A DNA stretch of 64,000 nt from NCBI GenBank assembly GCA_963840215.1, contig CAWIYG010000006.1, positions 158,932 to 222,931 on the forward strand, in the 5' to 3' direction. Below the pieces are notes generated by a model. That model saw only the letters and a program-made list of their open reading frames with translations, searched no databases and was not told the origin of the DNA. Origin of the DNA: an uncultured Gemmatimonadales bacterium (lineage in GTDB: Bacteria > Gemmatimonadota > Gemmatimonadetes > Gemmatimonadales > GWC2-71-9). A program made the position numbers and the translations under genes. Position 1 is the stretch's first letter. Every line of letters begins with the position of its first letter. Shown here piece after piece: positions 38,607 to 46,512 of the stretch.

Positions 38607-39880
38607 CCCCGGGCCGGCGGATCGGCGGGCCGGCGCTCGGCGCTCTCTGGGCGCTGGCCACCGCCGGCCCCCTTGCCGCGCAGGCCGACAGCACGCCTCC
38701 GCCGCATTCGCCCACGAGCTACGACATCGTCCTCGTCGACAGCGATACCGGCGCCCACGTCGTCGGCGAGGTGCAGACCGGCTGGCGGCTCCAGTCGGGG
38801 CTTCCGGTCGAGCTGAAGCTCGACTCCGCGCTCCGGGTCGTGCGGGTGCTGATGGACGGCCGTCCGAACACCCGGATCTCGCGCACGATGTACGGCCGGG
38901 CCGGCAACGACGTCGTGGTGCCCCACCAGAAAGCTGCGGGCGACACGCTCTCGACCCGCGTCCGCTACCATGGCGTCCCCCGGGGAGGATTCCAGATCGG
39001 GCCCGACCACGCGGGCGGGCGCGCGCTCGCCGGTGAGACGGCCGGCGGGCGGGCCTCGCTCTGGCTCCCGGTGCCGGAAACGAGCGGCGGGCGGGTGACC
39101 GTCGCGTGGCACGTGCAGGCGTCCGGCGGAGAGCGGGTCGTGGCCAACGGGACGCTGACCAAGGTGGATACGCTGGCCTACGGGCACACGACGTGGAACT
39201 TCGTGCTCGAGAGCCCGATTCCACTCGAGGGCATGGCGGTCGCGAGAGGCCGATACGCGGTGACGGCGCTGCCGCGCCCGGACTGTCGGGATGCCTGCGC
39301 GCCGGTGACGCTCTGGACCCCGCCCGATGATTCGGCGGCCGCCGCGGCGGGGCCCTTCCGGCGGGCGGGGGAGATGGTGGACTACCTGAGCGCCCGGCTT
39401 GGGCCGCTGCCATATCCCGGCCTGGCCCACGTCGCGGTCCCCCTGCCACCGGCCGGACGAGCGGGCGCGTCGATCGTGTTGTACGACGGCGCCCGGCTCC
39501 ACGCGGGCGAGATCGCCGAGCGCGAGGTCGCACGGGCGACGGCGGCGCAGTGGCTCGGCAACGCGGTCGACGAGGCGGGGCTCGAGCCGGAGCAGCCCTC
39601 CGCGGCGGCGTCGGCCTACCTCGCGTGGCTGTGGTCCCGACCGGCGGCGGATGGGCGTGCCACGCCCGCGGCCGGAGAGGCGTTGCCGCGCGCGGTGGAC
39701 GCGTTCCGGCGGCTACACGCGATGGTCGGGGACTCGGCCTTTTTCGGCGGGCTCCGCAGATACGTCGAAGAGAATCGGAACGCGACCGCCGCGCCGGGCG
39801 CGCTCGAGCGGGCGATGGCGGAGGCCGCGGGGCGCAGGCTCGACTGGACGTTCGACCGGGCGCTCGGGACGGCGCGGTGA
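38603..39880 (+). CDS. M1-aminopeptidase-like protein lacking the zinc motif (predicted pseudoenzyme), secreted
   Basis: In frame with ORF 37931..39880. The GTG at 38603 overlaps the upstream stop (GTGA). Signal peptide ALGALWALATAGPLAAQA. M1 N-terminal-domain-like text (YDIVLVDSDTG...VRYHGVP). Where HExxHQWFGN is expected the sequence reads ARATAAQWLGNAV. Confidence 0.6.
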   Translation: MTPGRRIGGPALGALWALATAGPLAAQADSTPPPHSPTSYDIVLVDSDTGAHVVGEVQTGWRLQSGLPVELKLDSALRVVRVLMDGRPNTRISRTMYGRAGNDVVVPHQKAAGDTLSTRVRYHGVPRGGFQIGPDHAGGRALAGETAGGRASLWLPVPETSGGRVTVAWHVQASGGERVVANGTLTKVDTLAYGHTTWNFVLESPIPLEGMAVARGRYAVTALPRPDCRDACAPVTLWTPPDDSAAAAAGPFRRAGEMVDYLSARLGPLPYPGLAHVAVPLPPAGRAGASIVLYDGARLHAGEIAEREVARATAAQWLGNAVDEAGLEPEQPSAAASAYLAWLWSRPAADGRATPAAGEALPRAVDAFRRLHAMVGDSAFFGGLRRYVEENRNATAAPGALERAMAEAAGRRLDWTFDRALGTAR

Positions 39881-40650
39881 AGGGGGCGGCCGTCGCCGTC
39901 GTCGCCGGCCTTGCCGCCTGCAGCGGCGCCCTGCCGCCGCTCCGCGGCCAGATGGAGGTGGGCCGCGACGCGTATGCCGTGTTCGTCGCCGGAGGCGCGG
40001 CGGCCGGCGGTGATCTCTACGCGGTGCGCGCTTCGGGCGGTCCGGTCGTGCCGATCACCTTCAGTACCGTGGGCGAGATGCGACCGGCCCTGTCACCGGA
40101 CGGCGGAATGCTCGCATTTCTCCGGGGCGCGTCGCTGCGGGACTCGACGCCGGGCAGCGTGTGGGTCATGAACCTGCTCAGCGGCGCGGAGCGTCAGGTC
40201 GAGCTGCCGCGAGGGGCCGGCGTGCCGCGGCAGGTGGGGTGGTCGCTCGATGGGAGGTCGCTGGTGGTGGCCGCCGGTAACCGGCTCTACCGGTCCAGCG
40301 CACCGCCGGCCCAGCTCAAGGCCGGGCTCATCCCGGTCGACGAGCGGGCGGCGGCGGAATCGGCCCTGGCAGTCCTGCTTGGCCGTCCGGCGTTCGGTCG
40401 GGTGGTGCCGTGCGCGGAGCCCGGCGCGCTCTGCGTCGCGGGCGACACCGGCGCACCAGGGCCGCTGGCCAGTGGTGCCCGCGACGCCGCCCGCTGGGGC
40501 GACGACTCGGTGATGTTCTTCGTGGGCGACGTCGTGGAGATCCGCCCCCTAGGCCCCGGCCGCGCCCGGCGGCTGGACTGGGAGGCCGTCCCGAGGCGGC
40601 CGCGCCAGATGACGGTGTTTCTGGGCAGGGAAGCAGCCCCGCCTACCTAG
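39877..40650 (+). CDS. TolB/PD40-like lipoprotein
   Basis: In frame with ORF 39550..40650. GTG 39877 overlaps the upstream stop (GTGA). VKGAAVAVVAGLAACSG (lipobox). PD40-like text (GEMRPALSPDGGMLAFLRG, VGWSLDGRSLVVAAG). Confidence 0.55.
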   Translation: MKGAAVAVVAGLAACSGALPPLRGQMEVGRDAYAVFVAGGAAAGGDLYAVRASGGPVVPITFSTVGEMRPALSPDGGMLAFLRGASLRDSTPGSVWVMNLLSGAERQVELPRGAGVPRQVGWSLDGRSLVVAAGNRLYRSSAPPAQLKAGLIPVDERAAAESALAVLLGRPAFGRVVPCAEPGALCVAGDTGAPGPLASGARDAARWGDDSVMFFVGDVVEIRPLGPGRARRLDWEAVPRRPRQMTVFLGREAAPPT

Positions 40651-41230
40651 CCGCAATCGCATCCCACGCCGCGTCCAGCGCCATCCCCACCGGCGGCGCG
40701 TCCGGCGCCCAGTCCCGGGCCCCGATCCGCTCGGCGATGAAGGCCACCAGGGCCAGCCACACGTCGGTCCAGAGCTCCGCCGGCCCGCTGCGCACGGCCC
40801 CATCCGAGCGACCGCCGGCCACAACCTGCTGCACCGCGTCGCGGAACTCCCGCTCCGCTTCGCGGCTCTTCTCGTCCAGGTGCTGCTCATCCCGCCGCCT
40901 GAGCAGCATCCGGGTGAGCGCGGCGTCGCTGGCAGCGGTCTCGAAGAGACTGCGGGCGATCTGGTGGAGGCGCCCGGGCGTCCCCTCGCCCGCGGCCTCC
41001 CGCACGAGGGTGGCGCCCCATCGCTGCGCCCCGCGAAATACCTCGTTGAGCAGGTGCTCCTTGCCGCTGAAGTGACGATAGATCGTGCCTTCGGCCACGC
41101 CCGCCCGGGCCGCGATGGCGGGCGTGGTCGTTGCCCGGAAGCCGACGGTGGTATAGAGCTCGAGTGCTGCGCGTAGCAGGCGCTGGCGGGTGGCCTCACC
41201 GTCGCGGCGCATAGGCTGAGTGGAAGTCAT
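40643..41230 (-). CDS. TetR-family transcriptional regulator
   Basis: ORF 40643..41230. HTH RQRLLRAALELYTTVGFRATTTPAIAARAGVAEGTIYRHFSGKEHLL. Confidence 0.9.
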   Translation of the reverse strand: MTSTQPMRRDGEATRQRLLRAALELYTTVGFRATTTPAIAARAGVAEGTIYRHFSGKEHLLNEVFRGAQRWGATLVREAAGEGTPGRLHQIARSLFETAASDAALTRMLLRRRDEQHLDEKSREAEREFRDAVQQVVAGGRSDGAVRSGPAELWTDVWLALVAFIAERIGARDWAPDAPPVGMALDAAWDAIAAR

Positions 41231-41327
41231 CTCGCAAAATAGGCAGCGGGACCGTTGAATCGCGACCCCACCCGAGGGTATTTTCCGGGGCTTTGTACCC
41301 GCCGTTTCCCGTGTCTGCTCGCGGTCA

Positions 41328-42488
41328 GTGGGGTTGTCGATGAAAATGCTGGTCCTCGGTGCTGGTCTGCAGGGCTGCGCCTGCGCGTACGACCTCCTTC
41401 AGAACCCCGCGGTGACCCAGGTGACCCTGGCCGACCTGCGCCTGGACAACCTGCCGCCGTTCCTGGCCGCGCGAGGTGACTGGAACGGCCGACTCCGTAC
41501 GGTTCGACTCGACGTGACCGACCCCGTGGCGGTGCAGGAGACCCTTCGCGGCCAGACCGCCGTCATGAGCGCCATTCCCTACTACTACAACGGCCCGATG
41601 GCCCGGGCGGCGGTCGAAGCCGGCTGCCACTTCTCCGACCTCGGCGGCAACACCGAGATCGTCTTCGAGCAGAAGAAGCTGCACGAGCAGGCCCTGGCGC
41701 GCGGGGTGTCGGTCATCCCGGACTGCGGGCTCGCTCCGGGGATGGTCAATATTCTCGCCGCCGAGGGGATCCGGCGCCTGGACCAGGCGGAGCAGGTGAA
41801 GGTGTACGTCGGCGGTCTGCCGCAGCAGCCCGAACCCCCCCTCAACTACCAGATCGTCTATTCGCTCGAAGGGGCCCTGGACTACTACACCACGCCGTCC
41901 TGGGTGCTCCGTGGCGGCAAGCCGCAGCAGGTGGACGCGCTGAGCGAGCTCGAGGCGGTGGATTTTCCACAGCCCGTGGGCACGCTGGAGGCGTTCCACA
42001 CCGGGGGCGGCATCAGCACCCTGCCGTTCGCCTACCAGGGAAAGATCGACGTCATGGAGTACAAGACCCTGCGCTATCCGGGCCATGTCGCCATCATGCG
42101 GCCGATCCGGGAGCTGGGGTTGCTGGACATCAAGCCGGTCGAGGTGAAGGGCAAGAGCGTCGTGCCGCGCGACCTGTTCATCGCGGCCGTGCACCCCAAG
42201 CTCCACAAGCCCCATGGGCGCGATCTGGTGGCGCTGCAGGTGATCGTGACCGGACGGAAGGCCGGCAAGCCGGCGCGGGTCTCGTTCCGCCTCATCGACC
42301 GCTACGACGCCGACCACGGCATCAGCGCCATGATGCGGACGACCGGTTACTCGCTGTCGATCACCGGTCAGATGCAGGCCGACGGCCGGGTCACGGACAA
42401 GGGCGTCCATACGCCCGACGAAGCGATCCCCTTCGGCGCCTATGTCGAGGAGCTGGGCCGCCGGGGTGTCCGGATCGAGGAACTCTAG
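41328..42488 (+). CDS. saccharopine-dehydrogenase-family NAD(P)-binding oxidoreductase
   Basis: ORF 41328..42488. Rossmann motif MKMLVLGAGLQG (ATG 41340 is an alternative start), plus VIPDCGLAPGM and EAFHTGGG. Confidence 0.85.
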   Translation: MGLSMKMLVLGAGLQGCACAYDLLQNPAVTQVTLADLRLDNLPPFLAARGDWNGRLRTVRLDVTDPVAVQETLRGQTAVMSAIPYYYNGPMARAAVEAGCHFSDLGGNTEIVFEQKKLHEQALARGVSVIPDCGLAPGMVNILAAEGIRRLDQAEQVKVYVGGLPQQPEPPLNYQIVYSLEGALDYYTTPSWVLRGGKPQQVDALSELEAVDFPQPVGTLEAFHTGGGISTLPFAYQGKIDVMEYKTLRYPGHVAIMRPIRELGLLDIKPVEVKGKSVVPRDLFIAAVHPKLHKPHGRDLVALQVIVTGRKAGKPARVSFRLIDRYDADHGISAMMRTTGYSLSITGQMQADGRVTDKGVHTPDEAIPFGAYVEELGRRGVRIEEL

Positions 42489-42533
42489 GCCGACGGCCGG
42501 TGTTCCCGTAGCGTCTCTCAGCCGGGCGGATGG

Positions 42534-43070
42534 ATGATGCTGGACTTCAGGACACTGTGGAATGACGCGCTGACCTTCGAGGCTTTTCTCGCGGTCAGCA
42601 CGAAGCACAAGGGATTGTGGGAGGGGATCTACGGCATTACCCGCCTGCCCGGGTGGGCGACTGCCGACCTGCCGCCCGGGATCGAGCGCAAGCTGCTCGT
42701 CATCGCGGAGGATTGGTGCGGCGACGCCTCGAGCACCGTGCCGATCCTGGCCAAGCTGGCGGCCAGCGTTCCCGGGCTCGAGCTGCGGATCATCCTGCGC
42801 GACCAGCATCCCGAGGTGATGGACCGCTATCTCACCAACGGTTCGCGGTCGATCCCGATCGTGATCGCGCTCGACGAGCAGTTCCGCGAGCTGGGCCACT
42901 GGGGCCCCCGTCCGCGGGAGCTTCAGGCCTGGGTGATGGACAACCGTCTGACCGTCCCCAAGGCCGAACTGTATCCCCAGGTTCGGCACTGGTACGCGCG
43001 CGATCACGGTGAGACGACGCTGCGGGAGGTGCTCGAGGCGGCAGGGCTGCCGGTCGCGAAGGTGGCCTAA
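42534..43070 (+). CDS. thioredoxin-fold family protein
   Basis: ORF 42534..43070. LVIAEDWCGDASSTVPILAKL (single-Cys variant of the Trx motif) and SIPIVIALD. Confidence 0.75.
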   Translation: MMLDFRTLWNDALTFEAFLAVSTKHKGLWEGIYGITRLPGWATADLPPGIERKLLVIAEDWCGDASSTVPILAKLAASVPGLELRIILRDQHPEVMDRYLTNGSRSIPIVIALDEQFRELGHWGPRPRELQAWVMDNRLTVPKAELYPQVRHWYARDHGETTLREVLEAAGLPVAKVA

Positions 43071-43072
43071 GG

Positions 43073-44275
43073 TCAGAACATCCAGCCGTTCCCGACCGAG
43101 AAGTTGAACCCGTCGGGCCCGCCTGCGAAGTTGAGCGTGATGATCGTGCTCCGGAGGATCCGGACACCCACGCCGCCGCCGCCGCCGACCTTCATGTCGT
43201 CGGTCGTGAGCTTGAATCCCTCCTCTTCGAACACCCGCCCCACATCCATGAACGCCAGCAGCGTGATGGCGCCGAGATCGCCGAACGGCAGCAGGTCGTG
43301 CCGGACCTCGAAGTTCCCGAACAGCGTGCTCCGCCCGGTGAGGCGTCCGTAGTCCAGTCCCCGGTGGGAATACTCCCCGCCCAGCACCGGGACCTCCTTC
43401 TCCCAGCCCGGCAGGGTGAAGCGAGCGTCGAGGGACGAGGTGCCTCCCATCCCCGCCGCGGCCAGTCGCGCCGCCAGCACGGTGCCTTCACGCACTTGGA
43501 GGTAGCCCCGCAGGATGGCGTACTGCCGGGTATACCCGTTGCCGCCGCTCCCCGCCTGCGAGCCGGCCTCCAGCAGCAGACCCTGGTGGGTGTTGTACTC
43601 GTTGTCGCGGGTATCGTAGATGACGGCGAGCCGGCCGCTGAAGTCATGCTGGGTGAAGTCGCCGGAGGGGAAGTCTTCGGCGAAGGCGGAGGGCCCCGGC
43701 AGCGAGGTGAAACGCGCCCGAGTGAAGCCCGTGAGCAGCGCCACCTGGAATGGACCATCGATCCGGCGGGTGACCTCCGCCATGAGCCGGTAGCGGGTGC
43801 GCCGCATGCGGTAGGGGAAGGGTGTCGCGTCGGTGTCCGCGTCCTTGTCGAACTCGCTGTCGTTGCCCAGCCCGAAGTATCCGTAGCGGGCCTGGCGCTC
43901 CATCGTGCCATACGCCGCGAGGCGCCAGCCGTCCCGATACATTGGCGCCTTGAATGAGGCGCCCACATAGCGGCTGCCCTTCGGCGCGATGCCCGCGTCG
44001 ACGTTGAATGCGGCCGTGTAAGTGCTGCGCTCCTCGTAGTCGGCCGGCTGCCAGTAGCGCAGGCGGAAGGACAGCACGGGCGTGTCGTTGGCGCCCCCCG
44101 CGAGGTACGGGAACCAGCTCGTGCGCCACCGCGCCGAGGGTTCTGGCTCCGGGTGCGCGGTTTCCGGCGGCGGCTCCGGCGCCTGCTGAGTTTCCGTCAC
44201 CTGCGCCGCGAGCGGCGGGGCGGAGACGGCGGCAGTGGCGAGCACGAGCAGCAGGGGGACCTGGAACGGCCGCAT
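43073..44275 (-). CDS. outer-membrane beta-barrel protein (Omp85/surface-antigen-D15-like barrel, no POTRA)
   Basis: ORF 43073..44275. Signal peptide MRPFQVPLLLVLATAAVSAPPLAAQ, alternating-strand pattern, and a C-terminal aromatic terminus ...NFSVGNGWMF. Confidence 0.75.
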   Translation of the reverse strand: MRPFQVPLLLVLATAAVSAPPLAAQVTETQQAPEPPPETAHPEPEPSARWRTSWFPYLAGGANDTPVLSFRLRYWQPADYEERSTYTAAFNVDAGIAPKGSRYVGASFKAPMYRDGWRLAAYGTMERQARYGYFGLGNDSEFDKDADTDATPFPYRMRRTRYRLMAEVTRRIDGPFQVALLTGFTRARFTSLPGPSAFAEDFPSGDFTQHDFSGRLAVIYDTRDNEYNTHQGLLLEAGSQAGSGGNGYTRQYAILRGYLQVREGTVLAARLAAAGMGGTSSLDARFTLPGWEKEVPVLGGEYSHRGLDYGRLTGRSTLFGNFEVRHDLLPFGDLGAITLLAFMDVGRVFEEEGFKLTTDDMKVGGGGGVGVRILRSTIITLNFAGGPDGFNFSVGNGWMF

Positions 44276-44805
44276 CAGGTCGGCCTCTCGTAATGGTGAG
44301 CGGCCCCGGAGCCGCTGCGCGTCTCTGGCGCGTAGAGCTGGAGACCCAAGCGGGACACCCCTTCTGCCATGACCGAGCCTCCAGGAGGGTAGGAACTCGA
44401 CCGGGCCATCCGGCCGAGGAGCGACCCCGGGCTCCGGGATTTAGGGAAACCTCGGACGGATGTCAACGGGCGGGGGCGTTGAGCCATCCGCGGCGGTGAG
44501 CGCGCGGAAAGCAGAACTCCTAGCCATCGCCATTGTTCTTTGATCAGGCGGGGAGAAAGATGGCGCAGGAGACGGGCGGATGACGCGGCTCGGGTCCTGA
44601 AACGTCGGCAGCCCGCATGTGATGCAGGGCACAGCATGTCATTTTTGGACCCCTATCTTGCTCTCCTAGTGGGAGTAAGACCGGTCGGCACTTTGCGAGA
44701 CGCCCGAAAACAGCCCTGAGTCCCCTGCTCTGAGGCCGGGTGCGCCTTCCGCTCCGCTGCTCTCGCTGATTATCCCATCACACACCCCTCTCAAATTATC
44801 TCGCG

Positions 44806-44842
44806 GGAACGGGCATTCGTGCCCGTTCCACCCACCTTTTTT
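44806..44842 (+). terminator. intrinsic terminator: GGAACGGGCA-UUCG-UGCCCGUUCC followed by ACCCACC-TTTTTT
   Basis: Perfect 10-bp GC-rich stem (44806-44815 and 44820-44829) with a UUCG tetraloop and a T6 run at 44837-44842. No annotated plus-strand gene ends upstream of it. Confidence 0.65.
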
Positions 44843-44929
44843 CGCTCCGGCGTGTGTGACCGCCGGCACCGCCGCGCCCCTCCTGACGAACGGAAGTTCG
44901 TTGGCGACCTCAGGGACGGGAGCGACATC

Positions 44930-45289
44930 ATGCCGCGTGGCGACAAGTCGGCCTATACCGAGAAGCAGAAGCGCCAGGCCGAGCACATCGAGGAAGACTA
45001 TGTGTCGCGTGGCGTGCCGCGAGACGAAGCAGAGCGGCGCGCCTGGGCGACGGAGAACAAGATGACGGGCGGCGGGAAGAAGTCCGGATCGGGGCGGGGC
45101 CGGAAGATCAATAAGGGCCCGGCCAGGAAGGGCGGCCGGCTCGGCGGACGCGCATCGGCCGAGCGTCCCAAGGCGGCGCGCTCCGCCTCGGCGAAGAAGG
45201 CCGCTGCCACGCGGAAGCGAAGGGCGGGGGCATCCCGGCGGAGCTCGCGGAGCACCTCCGGGAAAGGCAGCAGCGGGCGGACCCGCTGA
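44930..45289 (+). CDS. small highly basic conserved protein (KGG/plasmid-stabilisation-like annotation family)
   Basis: Within ORF 44819..45289. ATG 44930 gives MPRGDKSAYTEKQKRQAEHIEEDYVSRGVPRDEAERRAWATENKMTGGGKKSG, then a Lys/Arg/Ser-rich tail. Confidence 0.6.
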   Translation: MPRGDKSAYTEKQKRQAEHIEEDYVSRGVPRDEAERRAWATENKMTGGGKKSGSGRGRKINKGPARKGGRLGGRASAERPKAARSASAKKAAATRKRRAGASRRSSRSTSGKGSSGRTR

Positions 45290-45509
45290 TCGCAGGTACT
45301 GCCGCGTCCAGGTCACCTCGGGCGCCTGGAGGGCTTCCCGTAAATCACTGGCGTGCCTGCCGTTGCCCTGGGCAGCGTGACTCAGTTCACACCGCTACAC
45401 ACCCCGGGTTCACAGCGTCGGAAGTCGTTGCAGGCGATTGTGTAGCTGCCGGGAACCCCCCGGCGGCCCGCGCGCTCGCGCGGCTGACACCGTTCTCAGC
45501 GGAGTGTGT

Positions 45510-46127
45510 ATGTCGATCCTGAAATTTATCAAGGTTCCGGCAATCCTGGCCGTCGTCGCGCTCGGCGCTGCCGCGCCTCAAGCGGCCCAGGCGCAGGGCG
45601 GCGTCAATCTCGCCCCGTGGGCCGGCGTTTATATCCCTACGCGCAATTCGGTCGGCGACCTCAACAACGCGCTCAGCCGCGACGTCAGTGTCATCGGCGG
45701 TGCCAGGCTGACGTTCTGGGGCACCGGCGTGCTGGGCTTCGAGGCGACCGGCGGATATGCCCCCGCTCGGGTCTCGGGCGAGACCATCAATGAGACCAAC
45801 ACCAACCTGCTCGTGGCGAGCGCCCGGCTGATGCTGGCGCTGAGCCCGGTGACGAACCGCGTCGGTTTCTACATCGCGGCCGGGCCGGCCCTGCTGACGC
45901 GGGGCAGTGATCCCTTCGACGACGACCGGAGCCGCACCGATTTCGGCGGCAACGTCGGCGTTGGCTTCCGCTTCGGCCTCGGCCAAAGCAACAACACGGC
46001 GATCCGGCTCGACATCGAGGACTACCTCTACAACGGCGACTTCGGCGGCGGCGACGATTTCCAGAACGACCTGGTAGCGTCGGTGGGCCTGTCGATCCCG
46101 CTCGGTGGGAGCGCCGGAGACAAGTAG
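45510..46127 (+). CDS. small outer-membrane beta-barrel protein (OmpA-barrel/OmpW-like)
   Basis: Within ORF 45438..46127. GGAG precedes ATG 45510, giving MSILKFIKVPAILAVVALGAAAPQAAQAQ (signal peptide). Alternating strands (GARLTFWGTGVLGFEATGGY, NVGVGFRFGL, AIRLDIEDYLY). Confidence 0.75.
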   Translation: MSILKFIKVPAILAVVALGAAAPQAAQAQGGVNLAPWAGVYIPTRNSVGDLNNALSRDVSVIGGARLTFWGTGVLGFEATGGYAPARVSGETINETNTNLLVASARLMLALSPVTNRVGFYIAAGPALLTRGSDPFDDDRSRTDFGGNVGVGFRFGLGQSNNTAIRLDIEDYLYNGDFGGGDDFQNDLVASVGLSIPLGGSAGDK

Positions 46128-46149
46128 GCTAGTCTGATCTGAGCGAGGG

Positions 46150-46181
46150 AAGGGGGCATGACTTCGGGCATGTCCCCTTTT
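46150..46181 (+). terminator. intrinsic terminator AAGGGGGCATG / CATGTCCCCTT + TTTT
   Basis: 11-bp stem (one G-U) at 46150-46160 and 46069+100 = 46169-46179, running into a T-run, 23 nt after the stop at 46127. Confidence 0.7.
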
Positions 46182-46512
46182 CGTCCGGCCCGGGCGAGGT
46201 TCGGCGACGACGTGGGTGGATGAGGCGACGCGGCCGGCCTTCGAGCGGCTCGGCTCGGAGCCGTTTCGCCCCTTCGAGGCCGCCCGGCGGAAGGGTCTCG
46301 GCAGGCGCCGGGGACCGCAGGCGTAGGAGGACGCGAACATGTCGATGCATCCGAGCAGAATCTGCACGGTTTTCCAGCCACGTTTCGACATTTCCACATC
46401 CACTGCATTACTGTCAAGCTAAATCTGCACATTCTGCTTGGAATCCATTACACTTCCCTCAGGAGTGTCGGGTCCAGACGCGTTATTGGTTTTTCCCGTT
46501 GCAGAGCGGCTC

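Noticed and set aside
36744-39533. 929-aa minus-strand ORF across the four-gene operon, and similar long shadow ORFs (255..2111+, 1847..3841- upstream part, 13063..15297+, 20857..23082- upstream part, 23650..25506-, 25554..28136-, 41325..43007-, 46483..47982-)
   Set aside because: All are low-complexity R/A/G/P translations antisense or out of frame to genes with strong homology-type evidence. None has a plausible start context.
44276-44929. RNase P RNA, tmRNA, SRP RNA, 6S or a known riboswitch in the long intergenic region
   Set aside because: I searched both strands by eye for GAGGAAAGUCCGGGC / ACAGAACCCGGCUUA (RNase P), a tRNA-like CCACCA end with T-arm (tmRNA), the SRP GGAAGCAGCC core, and TPP/B12/glycine/c-di-GMP signatures. 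None is present. It is kept only as an unclassified ncRNA candidate.
46438-46512. TTG-initiated 25-codon N-terminal extension of the sigma-54 activator (MESITLPSGVSGPDALLVFPVAERL)
   Set aside because: No ribosome-binding site precedes it, and the codon usage is AT-rich and atypical. ATG 46513 is the more conservative start, though the extension cannot be excluded.
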